From the NCBI RefSeq assembly GCF_006345805.1, contig NC_042999.1, positions 165,912,001-165,976,000 of the forward strand: a stretch of DNA of 64,000 nucleotides, in the 5' to 3' direction. Numbering within the stretch: position 1 is the stretch's first letter; each line of letters opens with the position of its first letter. The notes beneath the pieces were generated by a model. The model was given only the letters and a program-made list of their open reading frames with translations. It ran no database searches and was not told the DNA's origin. The position numbers and the translations under genes were made by a program. The DNA comes from Octopus sinensis. Taxonomy: Eukaryota. Of the stretch, positions 1 through 11,240 are shown in pieces.

Positions 1-1
1 A

Positions 2-195
2 GTATGGGATCTGAAGATCAAATGCACACCACATGCAATAAAGTCAAGCGTTGTGGAGAAACCTACACCAGATAGGAATGAATCAAAGAGATGCAAATTA
101 TGCATAACTGAAAGACCACACTTTCTTTTCAGGTTGAAGAACTTCACCACACTGCTTAATTCCAGATGAGAAATTTTGAGCAGATGCAAGTTTCT
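2..195 (+). mobile_element. Penelope-like element, degenerate C-terminus downstream of the GIY-YIG core
   Basis: Frame from nt 2 reads VWDLKIK...SKRCKLCITE...LLNSR*EILSRCK. This matches the IWxLK...KRCxLCxxEK...LLNxRxE...C-R-H pattern of PLE ORF ends. One internal stop. Confidence 0.7.
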
Positions 196-1418
196 TTCTG
201 TTCCACTTTTTGCATCAACCTTCTTTGTGTTTTTTTTCTTCTCAGAGTCCATCATCCTGGTTTTTAAATTCATCTAACATTATGAACTGAGGCTGAAAGT
301 TTGCTGGAGATACATGGCATGTTATATAAATCTGCCAATTCAATGTATCTGAGAGCATGAAACTATTAGTAGCCCTTTTGTAATTGTGTATATTAAATGA
401 TGTATCATTAATAGCAACAAAAGCTGTATTAATACCAAAAAGTAATACTTAAAAGCAGAAGTTGTGTTTACACAGAGTACTGTAGTAATCATGAGGTAAA
501 CCTCTCATATTGACTTGTGGTGCATATAAGCACTTATATTTATATTGCTAGCAGGAAATAATCATCCGTGATTGCCACCAGGACTACCTGATCACATGAT
601 TTCAGCCTTCCTTGGCCTTGTCAATGGTAGATGCCTGAAAGCTAGAGATAATAGCGATTCCTCCATTAGCAATATACATAGAATCTCAATGCCTAATCAC
701 TGTTGTCACAAATAGCCAGTGATTTTATTTAAAAATAATTAATAATAATTAATATGTATTAATCAATAATTAAAAAAAATATATATATGGTAATAATTAA
801 AATATCCGCATTAATTAATACACACACACGTGTGTGTGTGTGTTTTGGGGTATGTATATGTAATATTCTTTTTATTAGCAGAAAGTTACAAAAATGATTC
901 AAGAGCCAAGTGTTTCATGCCTGGTACTTCTTGAATCCTTTGCCCTTGAGTTACTTTGCTAAGGCATTGAATTCTCTTGATCATTTGTTCTGCCGAACAT
1001 GCGAGTGTTATCTAAAAATTTGCCTGGAGTCTTTCATGGTAAATTTGAGATTAAAAACAAATGTTTCCCATATTCTTAATCTCCGTATTTATCCACGTAC
1101 ATTGAAAAATAGATGATGAAAAGGTATGGGGGTGTGTGTGAAATTTCTGAAGCTTCCACCACACCACACCCCATTTTTCGGGCCACAAAAAGGGTTTTGT
1201 AGCATATTAGGAGGCCAGGGTAGTTGATTCTACTCAAAAAATCCAATTTTTTTTTCTTAGTGAAAATCGTGCAAGTGTTAATCTAAAAATTTAATTTAAA
1301 ACCTTTTTCCCATTCGTTTCTGTTTATGAAATTCTCTGTACGTAATTCTGCTTTCTCGGTGGTCAAGGCAAATGATGACTGGCAAAGCAACAGTGTCCTA
1401 ATGCTGACATTGGAGATA

Positions 1419-1449
1419 TATATAATATATAGTACATATATATATATAG

Positions 1450-1487
<38 letters not shown>

Positions 1488-1562
1488 ATAGTATATATAT
1501 ATATATAGTATATATATATATATTATATATATATATATTATATATATATATAGTATATATAA
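1419..1562. repeat. Interrupted (TA)n microsatellite with TAG/TTA interruptions
   Basis: Directly visible; explains spurious ORF 1326..1508. Confidence 0.95.
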
Positions 1563-1574
1563 TATTTTTTTATT

Positions 1575-1895
1575 TTTATGGCTTTGCGAACGAAGATCAG
1601 GAAGGCTGTCCACGTCGCGTGCATGCACACTCATGACTGACAAGTCTGATATGGGAAAGGCAGGTCCGTGAGCAGTGTCCACAGACGAAGGTAACATCCG
1701 GTGTGGTGTCAGAGGCGGCTCACGCCTTCCTCCTGCGTCTCTTGTCTTTAAGTGCGTCTCTTCTTTGTTCCTCAAACTTGCTGACTGCGTTGAAGATCGT
1801 GTGGCACCAGACATCACGGTCCGCAGCCAGGTCTGACCAGCATTGGTGGTCAATATGACATGCTGTTAGAGACTTCTTGAGGCAGTCTTTGTATT
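1575..1895 (-). mobile_element. RTE-clade LINE 3' fragment (BovB-like C-terminus)
   Basis: Minus strand reads YKDCLKKSL..CHIDHQCWSDLAADRDVW...FVCGHCSRTCLSHIGLVSHE, the RTE C-terminal YKDxLK and CxxCxRxCxSxIGLxSH motifs. Confidence 0.8.
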
Positions 1896-2337
1896 GTGTA
1901 TGTATTCATAAATATGCTTTCATCTCGTAGCAAGCAATGATTTATTTCAGAAAGATAGATTATCAGAGTTATAGATATTGATTAAAAACGAGGCTGTGGA
2001 ATTGTGTGACATTATCGTCTTACCTTTGCTGGTAATATTGGTGCTATATATATGTCCAGCACTAGAGAGATTCTCTTGCCCTCGATAAGATGAGACTAAA
2101 AGGTTTTCACAGCCCAAACACTGTTTTGTCACATTCAACAACTACTTTACAAGCTGTACTTGATGCATTGAGTCTCTGGGCTCCAGCATGGATGGAGCTG
2201 CCCCAGACTCCATACGACTAAAGAGTTTTCACTACTGTAAGACATGACTACTCACACAATGCAAATATCAATACATTATATGTATTGATATTTAAGCGGC
2301 AAGCTTTAATTTTATATTTACTAATCTCTTATGATAA

Positions 2338-2545
2338 AAGGCAGCTGGTAGAATCATTAGCATGCCAGACGAAATGTCTAGTGGCATTTCGTCTGTCTTT
2401 ATATTCTGAGTTCAAATTCTGTCAAAGTTGAGTTTACTTTTCATCCTTTTGTTCTGAGGTCTCTGCAATTTCGGTCTCTCCCCCGAAATTGCTGGCCTTG
2501 TGCCAAAATTTGAAACCAATATTAATACATTCATCATTGTCAACA
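2338..2545 (+). mobile_element. tRNA-derived SINE family B; other copies ~18055-18190(+), 31320-31530(+), 45235-45440(-), 58060-58190(+), 61482-61679(-)
   Basis: Recurrent head (gctggcagaatcgttagc...gagttcaaat) and body (ctttgcctttcatcctttcggggtcgataaattaagtaccag) across the window. Confidence 0.8.
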
Positions 2546-2790
2546 ACATTTAATGTCCATTTTCCATGCTGGCATGGTTGGATGGCCTGACAGGAACTGG
2601 CAAGGCGAGGGGCCACACCAGGTCTCATAGTCTACCTTGGCTTGGTTTCCACAGCTGGATGCCCTTCTGAATGCCCACCACTTAACAGAAATATGTTGGG
2701 TCTTTTTAACATGGCACCAGCACCAGTGATTTTTACATGGCACCAGCAGCCACACCAATGTTTTTTTTATGTGGCACCTTGGTTTTAGGA
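2545..2790 (-). mobile_element. RTE 3'-UTR/tail fragment; other copies ~15958-16137(-), 18225-18375(+), 29290-29520(-), 36160-36320(+), 46848-47097(-), 47320-47480(+), 61355-62016(+)
   Basis: Same sequence as the 3' UTR following the RTE ORF end at 62830-63243 (gaagggcatccagc...ccaacccatgctagcatggaaa...(GAT)n tail). Confidence 0.8.
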
Positions 2791-2979
2791 TCTCAATACT
2801 GTTGTGATAGGTGAGTCTTTTTGAGTACAGCATCACATATCTCGCTCCTCTCTCATCTCCATTAATGTTAATACATTATATTAAATATTGCTCACTGAAA
2901 TAAGTGAAATAATTCTCCATCAGTACAGCCATTGTTTGTTATCATATTCATGTATTTAATTAATATCTTCTCATTACAG

Positions 2980-3110
2980 TTTGTCCAGCTTTCTCTCCAC
3001 CTGCAACAACTGTCTTCTTAATAATTCTCATATTTGAAGGAATTTTATTTGGCATTTTCACAGCTATAATGTTTGGTTCACAGCTTTCTGCTATATGCAC
3101 GGATGAAACA
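2980..3110 (+). CDS. ZDHHC3: ZDHHC3/7-type palmitoyltransferase, penultimate coding exon
   Basis: ttacag|...|gtaagt; 131 nt (2 + 43 codons): [43 protein letters not shown], matching ZDHHC3/7 CSSFSPPTTVILL...MFGTQVHSICTDET. Confidence 0.93.
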
Positions 3111-3189
3111 GTAAGTTGAAGCTAGTTTTCATCTCTTTATCTTTTCATTTAGTAATCATTTTATTGGCTTGTTAGAGAGGTCAGTGATA

Positions 3190-3400
3190 TCATCATCGGT
3201 TTAGCTTTCCCGTACCCACGTGGGTCAGACAGATTTTGTTGAGGCAGATTTTCTCTGGCCGGGATGCCCTTCCTGTCACCAACCCTCACCTGTTGCCAAT
3301 GTAATATTTACCCATGACCAGACACAGAAGATTGGAAATGAAGAACACTGCTTTCATGATGGCGACGTTCATTTACAGCTATCATGCAATGTCAAGACAA
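3190..3400 (-). mobile_element. Second (GAT)n-tailed retroposon 3'-end family; copies ~3835-4060(-), 23390-23570(-), 40385-40555(+), 48370-48570(-), 48690-48850(+)
   Basis: Recurrent catcatcat...gcagattttct...ggatgcccttcctg...aaccctcacctg motif; tail similar to the RTE tail family. Confidence 0.65.
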
Positions 3401-3621
3401 TGGGACAGTTAACACACACATGATGGGCTTCTTTCAGTTTCCATCTACCAAATCCACTCAAAAAGGTTTTGGTTGGCCTGGGGCTTTTGTTGGAAACACT
3501 TGCCCTCGGTACCTTGCTGTAGGACATCAATCCCCATTCGTTGAACCACCAAGTTAAGGGACATAAAGGGACACACCACCAGTTTTTCAACTAGTGTAAA
3601 TGTAAACAGTTACAGATGCTG

Positions 3622-3660
<39 letters not shown>

Positions 3661-4115
3661 TGCAAGCTCATAAAAGCAAAACAAGATGGAGAAAACAGTA
3701 CCCAAATGCCAAAGGTAGAATAAAATATAGTGTTTTATTGAAGCTGAAAAACTTCACAGACTGTTTCTCAGGGTTTCTTGTAACTGATCGTTAGTTAATT
3801 TCTGTTTGTTCATCAATAAAACAGTATAAACCATCATCTTTATTTATTATCATGTTAATCTCCATTTTATCATGCTCCCATGGGCTGGACAGAATTTGGT
3901 GAGCCAGATTTTCTATGGCCAGATGCCCTTCATGTTGACAACCTTCACCTGTTTGCAATTAAGGTAATATTTCTTCAGAGGTGGTCATGTTTTCATGGAA
4001 GATTGGAAAAGGGCACTACTTGTATGACAGTGGTAATCATTTACAACCATCATGCAATTCCAAGACAAGACACACATGTACACACACACACACACATGCG
4101 TATTTTATATATAAA

Positions 4116-4362
4116 GGCACAGGTGTGGCTGTGTGGTAAGAAGTTAGCTTCCCAACCACGTGGTTCTGGGTTCAGTCTCACTGCATGGCAGGCACCTTCA
4201 GCAAGTGTCTCCTACTATATAGCTTCATGTCAACCAAAACTTTTTTAGTGGATTTAGTAGATAGAAACTGAAAGAAGCCCCTTGTGTACCACTCAGTGGA
4301 ACTGAACCCAGAATCATGTGGTTACAAAGTGAACTCCTTAACCATGCAGCTATGCTTGCACA
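4116..4362. mobile_element. CORE-like tRNA SINE family A: + copy (4116-4280) fused to an inverted head (4285-4362)
   Basis: Head gcacaggtgtggctgtgtggtaag...gggttcagt, followed by the reverse complement of the same head. Confidence 0.75.
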
Positions 4363-6332
4363 ATGCAGTTATCAGTTTTTGTTGCATTTATGCTAGATAC
4401 TCTAATGATATATAATATTGAAGTCAAACCAATGTAGGAGACTCTATACAATAGCTTAGATAGAAATAGTAGCCAAATCTTCCTCAAGTCACACCTAGCA
4501 GTCTTAAAGAAAAAAGAAAGAGTTTAGGGTTAAAAAAAGAAAAAAGACTGCATGATCTGGCTGAACAACAACAATAAACAAATATTGTTTCAGGTATAAA
4601 TTTTGTATTATTTAATTTCTTGGGGAGGGAGATAGGCTTTCCCAGATTTTTTCCCTATCATGTAAATACCAAAAAAAAATATGCAATAAAGTCATTATAT
4701 CTTAAAATTAATTACCTGTAGAGACACCATATTTCATTATGCAAGCATAGTATTCTACAAAGTATGTTAAATGCTTTATAAGTTAATACTGTGTCCTGCT
4801 GTGTTAGCAGTGCTATTAAGATCATCTCTTCAGATTTTCTATAGAAATTATAGCCATCACTGATTTGTTACGACATTTTGTATCCGAATATGTCTAATGT
4901 AAACAAGTGTGATCAAAGATGAGAAAATAGGCAATGGGTGTCTCTGCATATTTCAGGAGTTCTTGCTCCTTCTATTTAACCATCCACAACCTTATTGCTG
5001 GTACATGCAAGAAATTAATATGTACCAGCTGCTAGGAATGTATTTAATATGTAAAATTGGCATATCCAGTAATGTTACATTGCTATATTTAGTGGCTATT
5101 TAGAGTTCATGGATGGTTAATGGGTTGGATATGGTGCTAAAAAAGGAACAAGAACTCTTGAAATAAGGCATACACACCCATTACCCATTTTTCCATCTTC
5201 AACCACATTGTTGTTTACATTAGACATATTCAGATATGAAACATCATAACAAATTACTGTTGGCTGTAATTTCTATAAAAAATCTGTAGAGGTAATGTTA
5301 ACATGTGTCTTGGAATATATTTGCTTTCACTGTTTTATATTCTATGTATTGTTATAGAGCAAAGTCTTTCATCATATATTTACTACTGGACTACTGATAG
5401 TCTACTTCATTGTATTAATCAGATACTCTGAGCTACCCTATTGGAGGTACAGTGAAGTATGGTATCAGTGACCAGCTGGCAGATTTATGAGGAAAGACAT
5501 TCCTGCTTCATTATACAAAAACACACACAAATAAATATATCTTTTTTTGGTGGTGGGGAATAGTAGATCTTGAAGCACACATAAAGCTATATATATATAT
5601 AGTAGTGGCATATTTGGTTGAAAATCCCTTTTGAATAGAAAAAAATTGAAGACTACCCATCAGCAGTGCGTGTGTGTGTATTAATAAAAACCACACAAAA
5701 ACCAACCATGTGGAATTCAACTACCCACAGTTCCCTGGCTCTTATGTTTAATTTCTTTTCAAATTGCCTGTGCTCTTTTAAACTTCATTATCTCATACAA
5801 AGTTGCTAACACACCATGTTGACATCACTGGCTTCAGAAATATTGAAATGAATTTATTATTCCAACCAAGAAACCCTGAGTAACTGAATTTTACTTGCTT
5901 TTTATGTTGTTGTTTTTTTAATATCTTTAGTCTCTTAATTGACTTAATTGACTGTTCCATTACTTGTTAAACTTTATACTGCACATGTAGAGATGTGTGT
6001 ATTACAAATAAAACACAAGTAAATATAATGGTGTGCACCTGGTTTAATTACTGTAATGACTGCCACTGTAATTATTTTAGTTCAAATGCATTGTCTCGGA
6101 TAGTCATTACCAGGCAAATAAAATTCACGAAATTGAAATTGATTGACCCAATAATGCCATGTTCCCAGAGTTCTGATATCAGACAAGAAACATGTTCTCT
6201 AATGTTTTTAGCAACTCTAGATTGTTTTGAAGTTAGTTTCATTCTACTGTTTTGTTATCTCGAAATAACATATTAAAGAACTATTGTAAATTTATATATG
6301 ATTCTGATGATGATAATTGAATCTCTTTGCAG

Positions 6333-6491
6333 GGTATAGAACAGCTAAAAAAAGAACAAGCTACCTGGGAGCGGAAATCTCGTTGGTTAAGCATTAAGTC
6401 AGTATTTGGTCATCCATTTGGTTTGCATTGGTTCTCTCCATTTTCTAAGCCTCTTGGATATAAACTCCTACATGAACAATATGCCGTCTAG
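6333..6491 (+). CDS. ZDHHC3: ZDHHC3/7-type palmitoyltransferase, last coding exon
   Basis: ttgcag| then 53 codons GIEQLKKEQATWERKSRWLSIKSVFGHPFGLHWFSPFSKPLGYKLLHEQYAV*. Phase-0 join to TDET; matches ZDHHC3 GIEQLKKEERRWAKK..W...KAVFGHPFS..W.SPF. Confidence 0.95.
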   Translation, partial: GIEQLKKEQATWERKSRWLSIKSVFGHPFGLHWFSPFSKPLGYKLLHEQYAV

Positions 6492-9022
6492 AGCAAAACT
6501 GTTTATCTTTGTTTTGTTTTGTTTGTTTGTTGAACTACAGCTGGCCACCCTGTGTCAGTGTGACTAGCCATGAACTTGTGATGTCATCTGTTCAAACAAC
6601 ATCCATTCTTATTCCAAACTGAAAACTGGATCTCCTTTGTATTTTTCCACCACCCAGGTACTTTATAAAAGACAACCTGATGGTTCTGTTGATTAGAACA
6701 TGTACTCATCTACGTTAAGTACATATTTCAGTGAAACTATAAACAAAGTAACATAAAAACTTCTCCAGAGACAACACCAGTTGTCAATCAGTTTTAATTT
6801 CTGACTACTTCTCAAAACTACTTCTACAGGACCATACAAATTATGAAACATCTACACCAACCAAACACAAACTTCAAACTTGAGATCATGCCTTACAATT
6901 TACTTTTCTCAATGTTGCTTAATATATATATGTATATTTGTGTACTCACGCACACACATACTTACGCAAAATTGGTTACATATATTCTACCACATATACT
7001 GTCATTTTTCTACTTTTCCACAGAGTCTGCTTTTATTCCTCTCATCTCTAAGAAACATTTAATTTATTGAAGAGCATTTTGTCTGTGCTTGCTGTAATTT
7101 TTTCCAACATTTGACCCTAACTTTTTATGTAAGTTAAAAGACAAAGTTGCTATTGAAATATTCATACACCTTATGTCTGGACTCCAGAGAACTGTTATTA
7201 TTTGTTCTGTAATTTATCCTGTCATATTTCAAATGGTTCTCAGTTCAACTATTCTAGCAAGACAACAAAAAATATGCCACTTCAGTTGTAATAAAACAGT
7301 CACATCAAGTGATGTTATTGCCTGTTACCAAATCAAATTGTCAATTTCATTTAACAATCCTTTTCACATTTGTTTTTGATTTATCTTTTTATTGTTGATG
7401 TAGAAAGTTTTAATTTCTCAACTAAATATCATTGGATTTTATTTTTTTAAAACAATTTTAGCTAATGCTTTGTAGCTATTCATTTTTATCTTCTTACTGT
7501 TTTCAGTTGGATCCACCCTTATGTATTCATCATTCCACAGGAAGTATGTACATTTTCTGGGTACAACTTTCAAACACATTCAGTCAAGGCAACTTTTTTT
7601 TTAAATGCCTTTTTTTTTTAACAAATGCCTATGGACAGTTAATTTTTTAACCAAGTGATATTTTTTTAATGGCTTGGTACTAAAAAGTTGTTTTGGATGG
7701 TTTAAATATCAATTTGGAATTTAATGTGGATTTTGAAAGTAAATTAGAAAACATAGGTGTGCTTGACTGAATGACTGACAGTAGATGGGACTTGAAGAGC
7801 TTTGAATGTGTTTGTTTTCCACCTGAACTATTGATTACTTGCTGGAATATTTTTCTAGTCACAGTTACTATTCTGCCCTGTCTGTGAATAGTTTATTTTA
7901 GAGTGCAGCTGTGTATTCTAAGCTGATCATTTCTATATCATCAGTGTACATGATATAGTGACTACTAATCCAACATAGTCTTTATGACAAACTTAATGGG
8001 CCAACACACCCTGACTGTGACATGTGACTGTGACTTACTCAATCTCCAGTAACATAATCTCCATAGTGATCACCTCCAAATGAACATCCTCAATATGCTA
8101 CCTTCTGAATTAACAAACCCAACAAGGTGACCTCCATATCAACAAAGCCTCGTTGTTCTCTTTGTATGGTTAAAGTCATTGTTTAGCTGTTGAATTTTAT
8201 TATTGATAATTTTTGTTTGTTTGTTTTTTTCACTATGGAAATGTTATTTTTACAGGCAGATGTTTTAAATATTATGTTATTTGTGTTATATGCTATTGGG
8301 AGCTATGTTAACTCTGTTACCCAGGCACATTCTGCTGAGGTGTCTTAAATATTAAGCTATCTGCGTAAAACAAATCAAGTTTGTTTGTAAAACTTTGATT
8401 AGTAAAGAACAACAAAAAAAAGTATTTAAAAAAAAAACCATAGAATAATTGGGCAGGAGATGCTTAATTCTTTCAATGTTGAAGTCAGTTCATGTAAAAT
8501 TCTTTATCAAGCTTATCTACAGGATCCGTAGCGTGGGTGAGAGAAATATCAAAAATCTTTTCTCTAAAAGAAGTTCTTTCAGGAAATTATCAGCTTTTAC
8601 TTTCTGTTACTTTAAGTGTGTGCATGCTGCAACAGCTTTGCAAGGCTTCAGAGGAATATGTACCTACGACACCCCTGCCCTTTCTTTTTCAATATTGTCT
8701 CCCAGTTGTGCCATGTGATATAATTACAGTCAACATCAACTTCTAGGATATTTTTTAATGTAACAACTATGTTGAAAAACAAACTTTTATTTTTCAGTTA
8801 TTCATTTTATTACACTTGAATATTTTTCTGCCCTTGTTATGTAAATGTTTTGTTTTTTTCCCCAACATCATCCTCATCCACATCAGCAGCAGCACATGTC
8901 AACACAAACCTATCTTATTTAATAAAGAATATTCCATTATTTCAACACTCTTCATTATACTGAAATCAGCATGTCTTACAACGTATGCTACTTTTTGTTC
9001 TGAATATTGGAAATCAAGTATG

Positions 9023-9053
<31 letters not shown>

Positions 9054-10109
9054 ACAATTAAGAATTCTTTTGATTTAAAGAACATGAATTGTGTAAGAAA
9101 ATGGTTGCATTCAGGAGATTGTGTGTGTGTGTGCGCATACAAACAGGTACTGTCATGGTTGTATAATGTACTTTGCAACTACATGGTTCTGAGTTTGACC
9201 TCACTGTGTGGTCCCTTGAAAAAGCGTTTTATCATAGCCTCGAGTCCACCAAATTCCACTTATGAGGTATAGGTTGAAAAACTGTGGAAGACCATTGTAT
9301 TTTTTTGATGTTGCCTGCCTGTGAAAGATGTCAGTGCTTTTCAAATGTTATCTCTTGTATAGTTAGTTGTTCTGCACCTAGTTACAGACACGCCCTTGTC
9401 ACTTTCATAGTCCTAAATGTAGTGAACCAAATAATGGTTCATTGTAAACTGTAACCACCATCACTATTGTTTACAAATTGTTTAAAATAGTTTAAAATAA
9501 ACAATTTGGTGGGTGAGAATTAGGTGAATTGAAAAAAGAAGTAACTGGTGGAGAAATATGAAATTAACTGGTAAACACAGATAACATTGCTAAATTAGCT
9601 GGTGGTTAATGGTAAGAAAGAGGACTTGGGGCTTCAGAAATAGCCAGCCAACAGGATGAAAGTTATAGCGATGATCAGTTCATTATGTTAGCATCACATA
9701 AAATATAATGCCTGACTTTTTTTATTTTTTTTTTAAATATCTATGTAAGTTTGGAAATTTTTTTCCATTCTGTCAACTTTACTTAGAATTAATCTCAATC
9801 TATAAAAGTGAGCTGTTAATAATGGGTGAACTATAGTGTTTTAAGGGTTGATACATAGAGAGCTGATACCACTACAATATCATACCAAGAGAAGAATCCT
9901 ATTCTTGCAGGCACCACTGACTCTGTGGTCAAGATTTTAATCTTAAAATGCCTGGTCTACTAAACTGCAAATAAGCTTCATTTTTATATACTACTAGGGT
10001 CACAATACGTTGCAAACAGCGCCATTGATGTTTTGACAAGTGTTTTGTTAGCTTGCAGTGCCGGGTTAAAATTTTACTATAGTGTATTCAGTTTAAAGAA
10101 ACCTGAATA

Positions 10110-10486
10110 TCTTCTCTCTCTATATAAACGGCAGTTTGTCTGTGCGTTTTCTGTGTGTCTGTTTTCTCGTACCCTCACTCTGACCACGGCTTTCAACCGA
10201 TTCTGATGAAACTTGACACACTCATAGCCCAATGTCATAATTCAAAACTAACGCAGTGAAAATTTTGAAAAGTTCCCCCAGTTCTGAAAAAAATCGATAA
10301 ATTCGACATGGGGTCGAGAATCAGAAACCCAAACCACAGACCGTCTAGGGGACGCAACTCCACCTTTTTTAACTCTCAAAAAAAAATTTACCATCATTTT
10401 TTTCCCATTTTTTGGCTATAACTCTCTAAAAATGCTTTATAGTTATTTCCCTTACACACCTGAGCAACGCCGGGCGATACTGCTAG
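10110..10486 (+). mobile_element. Non-autonomous Helitron (family H1, copy 1)
   Basis: A|TC...tatataaacggcag 5' end; 3' hairpin cctgagcaacgccggg followed by CTAG|T. Close homolog at 58509-58881. Confidence 0.8.
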
Positions 10487-10721
10487 TAGTATATAAAAAT
10501 GAAGTTTTCAATGATGTCTTGACAACAGCAGCAAATGATTTCAAGACTGATGGTTTATAGTGAAGAGTGTGGACTAATGGCAGAGCTAAGGAGGTGCAAC
10601 ACAATTGACGTAACAGTGAAACTGTCCCACACCAATATTAGTGATTGAATGGTCAGCTGGCAGCATACAATAAGCCTCCTCCCCTGAATCTTAGCAGGTA
10701 TGACGAAGTATTTTTCTTTTG

Positions 10722-11240
10722 TGAAGGTGCACGGTTAGGTGGTTAGTGCATCAGGCCCACAGTCATAAGGTAGTGAGTTCGATTCCCAGACTGGGCTGTG
10801 TGTTGTGTTCTTGAGCAAGACACTTTATTTCATGTTGCTCCAATACTGACTGTTGACTGTCAGAACTGTTGAACTTCATCGCACACATGTAGGAATATAT
10901 GCACATATATATTCATCACCTCTCTGTAAAGGGCCTGTACAGCCCTTATTATTAACCATTTGAGTTATAAAATTTATTATAAAATAAATATAATGGTGTA
11001 CACATGATTTAATGACTGCCACTGTAATTATTTTAGTTCAAACACATTATCTCCCATAAAGTCATTGCCAGGCACATAAAACACTCATCTGTAGAAATGA
11101 GTTGCAATGTCACTGGTGCCAAGCTCCCTCTGCCTTTCCCTTGGATGGGGCAACTGCTGGTCTTCCATAAACAACCCGAGGAAAACTTTCTAGGTGCAAT
11201 CCCATGGTGATTCATGATCAACAGGGGTCTTTTTTTTTTC
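10722..11240 (+). mobile_element. tRNA-derived SINE family C, split by an insertion (~10850-11085); intact minus copies ~45812-46140 and ~56440-56770
   Basis: A/B-box-like head (ggttaggtggttagtg...gagttcgattcc) and body gtgttcttgagcaagacactttatttcatgttgctcca; tail ...ggtgcaatcccatgg...gggtcttt matches the two minus copies. Confidence 0.75.

Noticed and set aside
900-1330. Possible DNA transposon remnant
   Set aside because: Stop-ridden translation with no diagnostic motif or TIR that I can confirm.
1372-1410. C/D-box-like ATGATGA...CTGA
   Set aside because: Boxes only ~25 nt apart, no terminal stem, runs into (TA)n.
1940-2250. Possible antisense exon (good AAG|GTAAGA donor at ~2021) and GC-rich hairpin 2170-2210
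   Set aside because: All three frames contain stops from the plausible acceptors and no protein is recognisable. The 41-nt hairpin is too short and bulged for a pre-miRNA call.
10722-10800. tRNA genes at SINE heads
   Set aside because: A/B-box-like heads continue directly into SINE bodies; no complete cloverleaf.
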